This document shows positions 45,011-54,508 of a stretch of DNA of 64,000 bases, one piece after another. Where the stretch lies: the NCBI GenBank assembly GCA_944376195.1, contig CALWBW010000003.1, positions 2,707 through 66,706 on the forward strand, read 5' to 3'. The position numbers were made by a program, and so were the translations under genes. Numbering within the stretch: position 1 is the first letter of the stretch; every line of letters begins with the position of its first letter. Below the pieces are notes generated by a model. That model had not been told where the DNA came from, did no database searches, and saw nothing but the letters and a program-made list of their open reading frames with translations. The DNA comes from an uncultured Clostridia bacterium. Lineage in GTDB: Bacteria; Bacillota; Clostridia; Oscillospirales; QAMX01.

Positions 45011-46510
45011 ATGCGAATTCAAAACCCGATTTTATGGGCGGACTTCCCGGATCCGGATTTGATCCGGGTGGGTGACGCCTATTATATGGTTTCCACGACG
45101 ATGTTCTTCATGCCGGGCGGCCCCATCTTAAAGTCGTATGACCTGGTGCACTGGGAAATTGTCAGCTACATTTTTGAGCAGATCGAAGGTTATGACACCG
45201 TCGGAGGCGGGTATGGACGCGGCCAGTGGGCGACCAGCCTGCGCGAACACAACGGGCGGTTTTATGCCTTTTTTACCTGCCTGGATTTGAAAAAATCCTT
45301 CCTCTTCTGGACGGATGACATTGAAAAAAGTAACTGGAATCGTCTGGATTTTGAGGGAATGTATCATGATGCCTCCCTCCTCTTTGATGAAAAGAGTGCA
45401 TATTTGATTTACGAACGCGGCGGCACGGGAGACGTTCGTATCGTAGAGTGGGAACCGGATCTCTCGGGCTTCCGTCCGGATACGGATCGCGTGTTGTTTG
45501 TCACGCCGTCGGAGGGAATGGCATTGCGCTGCGAAGGCTGCCGTGCGCTCTATAAGGACGGCTGGTACTATCTCTTCTTCATTGACATCCCGCGCGGCGG
45601 GATCCGCCGGGAATGGTGTTACCGTGCACGGGATATCAACGGCCCCTATGAGTCGCGCCTGATTGCAAACAGCCGCTGTGACTACCGCAATATCGGCGTT
45701 GCCCAGGGCATGGTGGTTGATACGCCGTCGGGAGACTGGTATATGATTCTCTTTGGCGATTGCGGCGCGGTGGGACGTATTCCGTTCCTGTTCCCGGTTA
45801 CCTGGGAAGAGGATTGGCCCGTAGTCGGCGCCGGCGAGGGGATGAAGTTGACCTACGATGTCCCGATGGTATCGCGCGGGGAAAACGTGCTCGTGCACAG
45901 CGACAGTTTGAACCATGCCGAGAACCGGATTGCGAATTTCTGGCAATGGAACCATAATCCCGACAAGACAAAGTGGTCGTTTACCGACCGTCCCGGTTGG
46001 CTGCGCCTCACGGCTTCTCCTGCTGAGGGGTTGATGGACGCGAAGAATACGCTTTCCCAACGTACCTGCGGCCCGCAATGTGTGTTCACGGTGGAGCTGG
46101 ACGCTTCGGAACTTGCACCGGGCGGACGCGCGGGCCTTGCAGCGCTGCAATGGGACTGCGCACTGGTGGGCGTGGAAGCGCGGCCGGAGGGCTTTGGCGT
46201 CTTTACGGCAAAGCGCGACGTACCGGACCGCATGAGCCCGCCGTCTCCGCAAAAGGACGTCTTCACCGCGCCGCTTTCCGGCGCACATGTGTGGCTGCGC
46301 GCGGCGTTTGACTTCCGCGATGTACCGGATACGCGCGATACGGTGCAGTTCTTCTACTCAGAGGACGGACAGAACTGGACCCCTGCCGGCGAACGCCAGC
46401 AGATCGCGTTTAACCTGCGCTATTTTATGGGCACGCGCGCGGCGCTATATTGCTACGGTGCGGGCTCGGCCGCATTCCGGAATCTGGATGCGCGCGTGTT
46501 GGAGGACTGA
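45011..46510 (+). CDS. Glycoside hydrolase family 43 (beta-xylosidase/alpha-L-arabinofuranosidase-like) with C-terminal beta-sandwich
   Basis: NPILWADFPDPDLIRVGDAYYMVSTT..., 499 aa, no signal peptide. Confidence 0.85.
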   Translation: MRIQNPILWADFPDPDLIRVGDAYYMVSTTMFFMPGGPILKSYDLVHWEIVSYIFEQIEGYDTVGGGYGRGQWATSLREHNGRFYAFFTCLDLKKSFLFWTDDIEKSNWNRLDFEGMYHDASLLFDEKSAYLIYERGGTGDVRIVEWEPDLSGFRPDTDRVLFVTPSEGMALRCEGCRALYKDGWYYLFFIDIPRGGIRREWCYRARDINGPYESRLIANSRCDYRNIGVAQGMVVDTPSGDWYMILFGDCGAVGRIPFLFPVTWEEDWPVVGAGEGMKLTYDVPMVSRGENVLVHSDSLNHAENRIANFWQWNHNPDKTKWSFTDRPGWLRLTASPAEGLMDAKNTLSQRTCGPQCVFTVELDASELAPGGRAGLAALQWDCALVGVEARPEGFGVFTAKRDVPDRMSPPSPQKDVFTAPLSGAHVWLRAAFDFRDVPDTRDTVQFFYSEDGQNWTPAGERQQIAFNLRYFMGTRAALYCYGAGSAAFRNLDARVLED

Positions 46511-46590
46511 GACAAAAGGGCCCCGTGCGGGAAACCGGTATGGGGAGCTATCCTTTGATTTTTGCTATAAGAGAAAGGAAGGGTCGTTCA

Positions 46591-47556
46591 ATGGATAAGA
46601 GAACTCGTGTATTGCATGCTATGGACAAGGAACCGGTCGACCATGTCCCGGTGGGAATGTGGTTCCATTTTGCAGGAGAAGAAATGGTGGGCGATGCCTG
46701 TGTCGCGGCGCATCTGCGTTATTACCGGGAGACGGACTTGGACTTCCTCAAGGTAATGAGCGACGGCTACTTCAACTATCCGATTGAAACGGAAATTCGG
46801 GAGGCGGACGACTGGTACCGGTTGAAACCGCTCGGCCCTGCGCACCCCTATATCACGGAACAGGTTGCGCGTGCTAAGAAAATTGTAGAGGCCATCGGAA
46901 AAGAGCGCTGCGTGTTTTACAATGTGTTTGCCCCGTTTTCCTCTATCCGGTTCTCCACGTCGGACGAACTTGTCATGCGGCATCTGAAAGAAAACCGTCA
47001 GGCAGTGATGTATGCGCTGGACGTGATTGCACAGGATCATGCGCTGCTGTGTGAGCGTCTGATCCGCGAGGCCGGATGTGACGGTGTGTATTTCTGCGTG
47101 CAGGGCGGAGAACTTGACCGCTTCAGCCCGGAGGAATATTGGGAAACGGTGACCCCCAGCGATCTTTATGTGCTGGAACATGCAAACCGCTATTCGGAGT
47201 ATAACATTCTGCACTGCTGCGGTTGGGCAGGCGCACAGAACCAGCTGGACATCTGGCAGGATTATCCCGCCAAGACGGTCAACTGGGCGGTGCACGTGGA
47301 GGAACTCCCGCTTGAAGAGGGACGTTATTTCTTCGACGACCGGGCGGTACTGGGCGGATTTGAAACCCATTGGGACGAGACGAGCCGTCAGGGGATCATT
47401 TACACGGGTACCAAGGAAGAATTGCAGACTTATACCAAAGAGATGATCCTGCGTTTCGGCAAGCGTGGACTTTTGCTCGGCGGCGACTGCACCATCGATG
47501 CCAAACTGGAATGGGAACGGATTCGTTGGATTCTGGAGGCAGCCAGAAGCCTGTAA
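46591..47556 (+). CDS. Uroporphyrinogen-decarboxylase (URO-D) family protein
   Basis: 321 aa from ATG 46591. The URO-D/MtaA-like pattern is moderately convincing by eye. The specific function is unknown. Confidence 0.6.
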   Translation: MDKRTRVLHAMDKEPVDHVPVGMWFHFAGEEMVGDACVAAHLRYYRETDLDFLKVMSDGYFNYPIETEIREADDWYRLKPLGPAHPYITEQVARAKKIVEAIGKERCVFYNVFAPFSSIRFSTSDELVMRHLKENRQAVMYALDVIAQDHALLCERLIREAGCDGVYFCVQGGELDRFSPEEYWETVTPSDLYVLEHANRYSEYNILHCCGWAGAQNQLDIWQDYPAKTVNWAVHVEELPLEEGRYFFDDRAVLGGFETHWDETSRQGIIYTGTKEELQTYTKEMILRFGKRGLLLGGDCTIDAKLEWERIRWILEAARSL

Positions 47557-47612
47557 TCTGTCGTACCCTGCAAAAAACCAAAACCCCGCGAATGGCGAAC
47601 GCCATACATCGG

Positions 47613-47650
47613 AAAACCGGCGGCCTTTTTTAAAAGGCCGCCGGTTTTTG
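47613..47650 (+). terminator. Terminator
   Basis: aaaaccggcggcctttt-tt-aaaaggccgccggtttt followed by TG. Confidence 0.8.
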
Positions 47651-47700
47651 TGTATCTTTTCGACTCGGGAGAATGCCGAAAAAAGGAGAAAAAGTGCCCC

Positions 47701-47729
47701 TTGACAAATAAGTTAGCCTATGCTAATAT
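47701..47729 (+). promoter_or_regulatory. Promoter of feo operon 2 with embedded GTTAG-N6-CTAAt operator
   Basis: TTGACA (47701-47706)-aataa-GTTAG-cctatg-CTAAT. The -10 TAATAT (47724-47729) sits at 17-nt spacing. The architecture is the same as at 11799-11827. Confidence 0.6.
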
Positions 47730-47793
47730 TTAATGGGGTTTTGCGCACAGAAGAAAAAATGCGCAATCGAGATAAAATAACGGGGGAAATACG

Positions 47794-48015
47794 ATGAAAA
47801 CGCTAAAAGACGTCCGGCATGGCCACACAGTACGTGTGGTTCGGGTACACGGCGAAGGCGCGATACGCCGCCATATCATGGATATGGGGATCACACGGGG
47901 TACGGAAATTACCGTGCGGAAGACCGCGCCTCTGGGCGACCCCATGGAATTGACACTGCGCGGCTATGAACTGTCGCTCCGCAAGGCGGACGCGGAAATG
48001 ATTGAAGTCGAGTAA
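47794..48015 (+). CDS. feoA: FeoA family protein
   Basis: 73 aa, ...RRHIMDMGITRGTEITVRKTAPLGDPMEL.... Confidence 0.92.
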   Translation: MKTLKDVRHGHTVRVVRVHGEGAIRRHIMDMGITRGTEITVRKTAPLGDPMELTLRGYELSLRKADAEMIEVE

Positions 48016-48032
48016 GCCGGGAGGAAAGCAGT

Positions 48033-50216
48033 ATGGCTTATAAAATTGCGTTAGCGGGCAATCCCAACAGCGGAAAGACCACGCTTTTTAATGTATTGAC
48101 CGGCTCCAACCAGTTTGTGGGCAACTGGCCGGGCGTGACGGTGGAGAAGAAAGAAGGGTATTTGAAATCCGACCATGAAGTGGTCGTGGTGGACTTGCCG
48201 GGGATTTATTCGCTCTCGCCCTACACATCGGAAGAAGTGGTGGCACGGCGTTTCCTGGTCGGGGAGCATCCGGACGCCATTCTCAATATTGTGGATGGTA
48301 CCAATTTGGAGCGCAATCTGTATCTGACGACACAGTTGACCGAACTGGGGATTCCGGTGGTAATCGCGGTCAATATGATGGACGTCGTAACGAAAAATGG
48401 GGACGTCATTCATATTCACAGGCTGTCGGACGAGCTGGGGTGCGAAGTGATGGAGATTTCCGCCCTGAAGGGCACGGGTATTGCGGAGGCAGCCCGGACG
48501 GCGGTGGAAAAGGCCAAGGCCCGGATGCATCCGGAACCGAAGCATAATTTCAGCGGCAGTGTGGAACATGCCATTGCGCATATTGAAGAGGCTATGGCCG
48601 GGCGATTGCCCAAGGGGCAGGAGCGCTGGTATGCGATCAAACTGTTTGAGCGCGACATGCGTGTAATTGAAGAACTGCAGCTGCCTGCGGAGCTTATCGC
48701 GCATATTGAAGAGGACATTCGCAGCTGTGAGCGGGAACTGGACGACGATGCGGAGAGCATTATTACAAACGAACGTTATAATTATATTACTGCCCTTATC
48801 CGGGAGTGTTATACGCGCAAAAACGCACCCGGAATGACGATTTCCGACAAGATCGATTATATTGTGACCAACCGCTGGCTGGCGCTTCCCATTTTTGCGG
48901 CGGTGATGTGCCTGACCTACTACATATCTGTGACGACGGTTGGCACTTGGGCAAACGACTGGGCTGCAAACGGCGTGTTTGGCGACGGTTGGACTTTTTT
49001 TGGACACTTTGTTCCGGGAATCCCCAGCGTGGTGGAAAACGCGCTGACGAACTGGGGCTGTGCGGACTGGCTGGTGCGTCTGGTTGTCGACGGAATTATC
49101 GGCGGCGTGGGGTCGGTCCTGGGGTTTATCCCGCAGCTTTTGGTGCTCTTCTTTTTCCTGGCGTTTCTGGAAGCGTGCGGGTACATGTCGCGGATTGCGT
49201 TTATCATGGACCGTATTTTCCGGAAATTCGGGCTTTCCGGTAAGTCGTTTATCCCCATGCTCATCGGCACGGGATGTAGTGTGCCGGGCATTATGGCATC
49301 GCGTACCATTGAAAGTGAACGCGACCGGAAAATGACGGTGATTACGACCAGTTTTATCCCGTGCAGCGCGAAACTGCCGGTAATTTCCCTGTTTGGCAGC
49401 GCCATTTTCGGCGGCGCGTGGTGGGTGGCGCCCAGCGCGTATTTTGCCGGAATTGTCGCGGTGCTCTGCTCCGGGATTTTGCTGAAAAAGTTCCGGATGT
49501 TCCGGGGTGAGGACGCGGCGTTTGTGATGGAGCTGCCTGCGTATCACTGGCCCACGCCGCGCAACCTCCTTCGTTCCATGTGGGAGCGGAGCTGGAGTTT
49601 TATCAAAAAAGCCGGAACGGTGATTTTGCTGTGTTCCATGCTGATTTGGTTCCTCTCGAATTTTGGCGTTGCAAACGGCCGCTTTGGTATGGTGACGGAT
49701 ATGGGCGACAGCCTGCTGGCTGCGTTTGGCAACTTGATCGCCTGGATTTTCCGTCCTCTGGGCTTTGACGAATGGTCCTGCGCCGTCGCGACGCTGACGG
49801 GTTTGGTGGCCAAGGAAAACGTTGTCTCCACATTTGGCGTTTTGTTTGGCGCGGGAGAGCTTTCAGAGAATGGTGCGGAGCTGTGGCAGCGCCTGTCTGA
49901 GATGTTTACGCCGTATTCCGCTTATGCTTTCCTGATATTCAACCTGTTGTGCTGCCCCTGTGTGGCGGCGGTCGGTGCGATCCGTCGGGAAATGCACAGT
50001 GCGAAGTGGACGCTGTTTGCGGTAAGCTACCAGACGGGGCTTGCGTACTGCGTGGCGCTGACGGTAAACCAGCTGGGCGCGCTGTTTGCCGGGCGGGGTT
50101 CCTGGCTTGGTACAGCGGCGGCCTGTTTGGTGATTGCGGGATTCCTGTATCTGCTTTTGCGCCGGAAAAAACCGGCCCCGGTGGCGGAGGAAAAACGGGA
50201 AGGCGCGGCGGTATAG
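48033..50216 (+). CDS. feoB: Ferrous iron transporter FeoB (paralogue 2)
   Basis: 727 aa, colinear and highly similar to 9022..11190 (GNPNSGKTTLFN, DLPGIYS, NMMD). Confidence 0.96.
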   Translation: MAYKIALAGNPNSGKTTLFNVLTGSNQFVGNWPGVTVEKKEGYLKSDHEVVVVDLPGIYSLSPYTSEEVVARRFLVGEHPDAILNIVDGTNLERNLYLTTQLTELGIPVVIAVNMMDVVTKNGDVIHIHRLSDELGCEVMEISALKGTGIAEAARTAVEKAKARMHPEPKHNFSGSVEHAIAHIEEAMAGRLPKGQERWYAIKLFERDMRVIEELQLPAELIAHIEEDIRSCERELDDDAESIITNERYNYITALIRECYTRKNAPGMTISDKIDYIVTNRWLALPIFAAVMCLTYYISVTTVGTWANDWAANGVFGDGWTFFGHFVPGIPSVVENALTNWGCADWLVRLVVDGIIGGVGSVLGFIPQLLVLFFFLAFLEACGYMSRIAFIMDRIFRKFGLSGKSFIPMLIGTGCSVPGIMASRTIESERDRKMTVITTSFIPCSAKLPVISLFGSAIFGGAWWVAPSAYFAGIVAVLCSGILLKKFRMFRGEDAAFVMELPAYHWPTPRNLLRSMWERSWSFIKKAGTVILLCSMLIWFLSNFGVANGRFGMVTDMGDSLLAAFGNLIAWIFRPLGFDEWSCAVATLTGLVAKENVVSTFGVLFGAGELSENGAELWQRLSEMFTPYSAYAFLIFNLLCCPCVAAVGAIRREMHSAKWTLFAVSYQTGLAYCVALTVNQLGALFAGRGSWLGTAAACLVIAGFLYLLLRRKKPAPVAEEKREGAAV

Positions 50217-50225
50217 GAGAAGGAA

Positions 50226-50411
50226 ATGCTTTCTTTTTTGATGGAAAACGCGGCGACGATGGTTGTCGCCGCCCTGGTGCTCGTGATTGCGGCGGCTGCT
50301 TTGGCGGCAGTCCTGCGGGCACGCAGGACCTGCGGGGCATGCGCGTTTTGTGCGCAGCGGAAGCACTGCGGGAAGATAGACGAAAATTGTAGCATGAAGG
50401 GACAGCGCTGA
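50226..50411 (+). CDS. FeoB-associated Cys-rich membrane protein (paralogue 2)
   Basis: 61 aa with a TM helix followed by CGACAFCAQRKHC...C. Confidence 0.75.
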   Translation: MLSFLMENAATMVVAALVLVIAAAALAAVLRARRTCGACAFCAQRKHCGKIDENCSMKGQR

Positions 50412-50551
50412 TTGTAGGATGCGTTTTTGCACAGCTGTTTTTGATCATAATGTGTCGTTTAAGCTGATCGAAGAGAGTGAGAATTATTGCTTGTCTATTA
50501 TGAGAGACATGAGAGCGGTTAAATCAAGTCGAATCAGGAAAGGATGTTTTT

Positions 50552-51025
50552 ATGAAAAGACTCAATAGGAAAAAAGTTCTATTTCTATGCATCCTGTTTG
50601 TGGTGATGGCAGGAGTTCTCGTTTGGTATGATCTCCCGATCAAAAGAACAGCAACCGCAGAATTGTATTGTGATGATCCAAAAGTGAGCGGGCTCAGTGC
50701 GGAATTGGATCTGTGCATATCCAGATCATTGTTTTCTCCGTCTGCGATCCATGGTACGATCCACATCGGAGACAGAGATTATGTGGTATGGGGAAGGCAG
50801 GAATATGATTTTGCCAGCAATATCCAGCGTAAAATAAAGGGCGAAATAGATATACCGGTCTTTATCAATGCGGACAATTTTGGCAAAGGAACGGATTTGC
50901 TGCTCCGTGATCTTCTCTATATACATAGTATTCAATTTGGAGATGACTATAAAATTGAAAATGTAAGCTTGTCGATGACCTCCGATGATTATGGCATGTG
51001 GAACAGCCGCGCAGTGATTTCATAA
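50552..51025 (+). CDS. Hypothetical membrane-anchored protein
   Basis: 157 aa. N-terminal TM/signal anchor KKVLFLCILFVVMAGVLVWY. RBS AGGAAAGGA. AT-rich gene with no recognisable domain. Confidence 0.5.
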   Translation: MKRLNRKKVLFLCILFVVMAGVLVWYDLPIKRTATAELYCDDPKVSGLSAELDLCISRSLFSPSAIHGTIHIGDRDYVVWGRQEYDFASNIQRKIKGEIDIPVFINADNFGKGTDLLLRDLLYIHSIQFGDDYKIENVSLSMTSDDYGMWNSRAVIS

Positions 51026-51444
51026 AACGAGAGGACCGTTGTTTTACGAACAGCAGCGTTCTGTTGCCGGAGCCGTTGGTTTTTATAAATTGATGTATAG
51101 AAAAGCGGAAGCAGAAGATAATCAGGATATTTGATGATTAAACGAGCGGAGGAAGGGACTGCGGCCTCCGGTTCCCTGCCTGTGTTCTTTGGAGCGAAAA
51201 AGGCGTGAATGTATGCCAGACCGTTCCCGATTAAAAGATATGCTCGCGCAGTACAAGCAGGGCGGTGTTTCAAAACAGAGGGGTAAAACAGAAACAGCAG
51301 GAGCGTTTGAAGCGGAAGGTCATATCGTGAAGTGTAAATTGTCCATATTAAAAAAACAGGAATCGCCACTATGTTTTTTATGACAAAGAAGACGGAAAAC
51401 ATCTGATTACAAAACAGTAAAGGATATTGAAGAAAACTTAAACT

Positions 51445-51489
51445 AAAAAAGAGCTAACTGACGAATCAAAATCAGTTAGCTCTCTTTTT
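51445..51489. terminator. Bidirectional terminator
   Basis: aaaaaa-gagctaactga-cgaatcaaaa-tcagttagctc-tcttttt. Confidence 0.75.
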
Positions 51490-51582
51490 ATGAATAATGA
51501 AAAAGTGTTGCCAAATCGTTGCCGCAAAGGGCCTTAACCCCTCAAAAACCCAGTAAAATCAGGCTTTTCCGGGTCTCCCGGA

Positions 51583-52563
51583 TCATTCCCACTCGATGGT
51601 TCCCGTGGGCTTCGGCGTTAAATCATAAAGCACCCGGTTGACGCCTTTCACTTCGCTGGTAATACGCGCGGTGATGTGTTGCAACAGTGCAAAGGGGATA
51701 TCCTCCACGGTGGCGGTCATGGCATCTTTGGTGTTCACGGCACGAATAATTACCGGCCATTCATCCGCGCGCTTATTGTCCCGTACACCCACGGATTTGA
51801 AATCAGGCACAATTGTGAAATACTGCCATACTTTCCCTTCCAGACCGTTTTTCGCAAACTCTTCGCGTAAAATGGCGTCCGACTCCCGTACTGCTTCCAG
51901 ACGGTCACGGGTGATCGCGCCCAGACAACGCACGCCCAAGCCGGGGCCGGGGAAAGGCTGACGGAAAACCATGCCGTCGGGTAAACCAAGCGTCTTGCCG
52001 ACAACGCGTACTTCATCCTTATATAAAAACTTCAACGGTTCTACCAATTCAAACTGGAGATCTTCCGGCAGTCCGCCGACATTGTGGTGCGCCTTAACAG
52101 GGCCGCTTTCCAAAATATCGGGATAAATCGTCCCCTGTGCCAGGAATTCGATTCCCTCCTGCTTCCGCGCTTCTTCCTCAAAAACCCGGATGAATTCCGC
52201 GCCGATAATTTTCCGTTTTTGCTCCGGATCCGCCACACCTGCGAGCTTATTGAGAAAACGATCCACGGCGTCTACGTAAACTAAATTGGCGTCCATTTCG
52301 TCCCGGAAGACTTTGATCACCTGTTCCGGCTCGCCCTTACGCAACAGTCCGTGATTGACGTGAACACAAACAAGCTGTTTCCCAATTGCCTTAATCAAGA
52401 GCGCGGCGACAACAGACGAATCCACACCGCCGGATAGCGCCAGGAGGACCTTCCGGCTCCCGACCTGCGCCTGAATTTCCGCTATCTGTTCTGTGATAAA
52501 AGCTTCCGCCTGTGCGGGAGTCTGAATCCGCGCAAGGCTCTCCGGACGTTTGTTATTTCCCAT
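51583..52563 (-). CDS. guaA: GMP synthase ATP-pyrophosphatase plus dimerisation domains only (no GATase domain)
   Basis: 326 aa with P-loop LSGGVDSSVVA, ...KIIGAEFIRVFEEEA..., HHNVGGLPE, FPGPGLGVR and C-terminal TIEWE. It has its own RBS GGAGGAA. The upstream 180 nt is non-coding. Confidence 0.88.
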   Translation of the reverse strand: MGNNKRPESLARIQTPAQAEAFITEQIAEIQAQVGSRKVLLALSGGVDSSVVAALLIKAIGKQLVCVHVNHGLLRKGEPEQVIKVFRDEMDANLVYVDAVDRFLNKLAGVADPEQKRKIIGAEFIRVFEEEARKQEGIEFLAQGTIYPDILESGPVKAHHNVGGLPEDLQFELVEPLKFLYKDEVRVVGKTLGLPDGMVFRQPFPGPGLGVRCLGAITRDRLEAVRESDAILREEFAKNGLEGKVWQYFTIVPDFKSVGVRDNKRADEWPVIIRAVNTKDAMTATVEDIPFALLQHITARITSEVKGVNRVLYDLTPKPTGTIEWE

Positions 52564-52743
52564 ATTTGTTCCTCCATCGTATCTCAGTTTCCCATATGCA
52601 GCAAGTGTCAGGAGAAAATTTTCTCCAATCTGAAAAGTAATGCAAATTTATTATACGCGAAATTCTATCCCATTGCAATTGGATTTTTGCTTTCCCTTCG
52701 GCCGGAGCCTGTTTCGTCCCTTCCTGAGCTCAAAATTATGATT

Positions 52744-54504
52744 TTACAAGGGTGGTTGGTGCTTTTCTAAAAATCCCACAAGATCCTCTTCCTGAATATC
52801 CACGGAATCTCCCGAGCCATCCTGCGCATAGAGACGGAAATATAGGGGGTCAGACTCCGGACTGTCGGCGCCAACCAATAGAGAAAATGGCCCATTTGTC
52901 TCATAAATCCGAATATACAGGCCGGAACCGGACTCTTCATAGAAATAGTGATCCAACGAGGACCAACGCAAGGCGCTTTTTTCCTGAGAAAGACGGAGGA
53001 TATCCTCTATCGTGAGAACCTGCGCCGGTTCCGTGGAATCGGGTGCGCTTTCCTGCGGAAGCAGAGTAGTTTCATAGAATACCGCACGCAAAACAATTAA
53101 ATACGCAGCTTCCGCCAAAAGGTCGGGATTTTCCTGCAGTGTCCTGGGAGTAAACGATTGCAGGATTCCTTCGCCCATATCAAAGGCCATGACGGCAAGC
53201 AGGCTGGAAGTGTCCGGCGTCACCGGAATCCGCTCTCCTTCCTGATAAGAAGAAAACGACCAACCGATTACCGATGCATTTTCCGGAAACGCAAAATATG
53301 TGAGCAATGAACCGCCGTATTGATCTGTTTCAACCTGAATTTCAACACCCGTAGAGACACCATCCGTAGTACGAAAGTTGACAAAACATTGGATTTCTTT
53401 TGCAAGAGAGGTCAGAGAGATGGGAGCGCTTCTGACACATTCTCCGTAGCTCCACTGTTCAACATAAAGTTCTCCACTGCCTACCCGGGTTCCTAATTCA
53501 ACCTCAAATTGCGCGGAAGGGGATCGGGCGGAATGAGAGACATTTATCAATCGCAGGTTATCATGAGGGGAAAGAGGAATGGTCAAAAAACAAACTGCCA
53601 GAATGAGACCAAGCAGCAGCGAGAGCGCCAGGATCCAACGCTTTGGTTTTTGATAAGAGAGGATTCGCTGAATGCGGGCTTTTACGTCAAGTTCCCCAAA
53701 GGCCAGAGGATAAAACGACGGCGACTTCGGGCGGATACTGCAATGAAACAGTGCCGTCGCATATGCACGGCGCTCGTCTTCGCCCAGTTCTTTCAGCACT
53801 TTTTCATCACAGGAACCCTCAATATCCCGGCAAAATACCAGATATGCAATCCATAAAAGCGGCTGGAACCAGTAAACGGAGAGTAGAAAGAACCCGATTA
53901 TTTTCCAAATGTGATCTTTCCTTCGAATGTGCGCACGCTCGTGGGATAAAACATAGGTAAGATCTTGATCGGGTATTTGATAGGGAAGATAAATTACAGG
54001 GTGAAATAATCCCAGAACAAAGGGCGAAACCGCCCATTCGCTCTGTTTCACCCGCGTTTGCAAAGGGATGGCAGTGGCGACACGGTGCTTTAAAACGAGA
54101 TAACTTCCTATTGCATAGAAGAACATTGCCAATATCCCTGCAACCCAAATATGGGACAAAACAAGCGACCAGACCTGTGCGGGGTTTACACTATCTCCAG
54201 GGTCCGGCGCCATGGAACTGGCTAAAAAGGGATTCACGGCATCGTCTAAAAGCGCTACGCCGGTTTCAATTTGAGGGGAATCTGTTTGCATGCTTTCTTG
54301 TAAAATGGGTTCGGCACTGGGAATTAAACTGAACGTACTTTCCAGGGAAATTGGGCAGATAAGGCGCAGGGCAACGAGCCCCCACAGCGCGCAACAAATC
54401 CATTTTGGCATGGTGCGAAGGAACAGGCGAATTATTAAGATTGCGAGAATCAGCCAGCCGGCAGTCAGGCCCAAATTGACGAGTTTGAAAAAAACAGCCT
54501 CCAT
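52744..54504 (-). CDS. BlaR1/MecR1-family (M56 peptidase) membrane sensor with non-PBP extracellular domain
   Basis: N-terminal TM helices, zinc motif HERAHIRRKDH, and a C-terminal ~280 aa lacking an SxxK penicillin-binding motif. It lies 4 nt downstream of the BlaI-like gene. Confidence 0.82.
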   Translation of the reverse strand: MEAVFFKLVNLGLTAGWLILAILIIRLFLRTMPKWICCALWGLVALRLICPISLESTFSLIPSAEPILQESMQTDSPQIETGVALLDDAVNPFLASSMAPDPGDSVNPAQVWSLVLSHIWVAGILAMFFYAIGSYLVLKHRVATAIPLQTRVKQSEWAVSPFVLGLFHPVIYLPYQIPDQDLTYVLSHERAHIRRKDHIWKIIGFFLLSVYWFQPLLWIAYLVFCRDIEGSCDEKVLKELGEDERRAYATALFHCSIRPKSPSFYPLAFGELDVKARIQRILSYQKPKRWILALSLLLGLILAVCFLTIPLSPHDNLRLINVSHSARSPSAQFEVELGTRVGSGELYVEQWSYGECVRSAPISLTSLAKEIQCFVNFRTTDGVSTGVEIQVETDQYGGSLLTYFAFPENASVIGWSFSSYQEGERIPVTPDTSSLLAVMAFDMGEGILQSFTPRTLQENPDLLAEAAYLIVLRAVFYETTLLPQESAPDSTEPAQVLTIEDILRLSQEKSALRWSSLDHYFYEESGSGLYIRIYETNGPFSLLVGADSPESDPLYFRLYAQDGSGDSVDIQEEDLVGFLEKHQPPL

Positions 54505-54508
54505 GCCT

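Noticed and set aside
47707-47727. Reading the feo operator as a canonical DtxR/IdeR box.
   Set aside because: Forced alignment of ATAAGTTAGCCTATGCTAA to TTAGGTTAGCCTAACCTAA gives about 14 of 19 matches at operon 2. However, the two other copies share only the GTTAG/CTAAC arms with a 6-nt spacer, not the 1-nt spacing of IdeR boxes. I therefore report it as a distinct dyad. It also bears no resemblance to the Fur box.
50989-51402. 137-aa minus-strand ORF and 64-aa plus-strand ORF (51189..51383) in the AT-rich gap.
   Set aside because: They overlap each other. Neither has a convincing RBS or recognisable domain. I cannot decide between them or call them genes, so the region is left unannotated.
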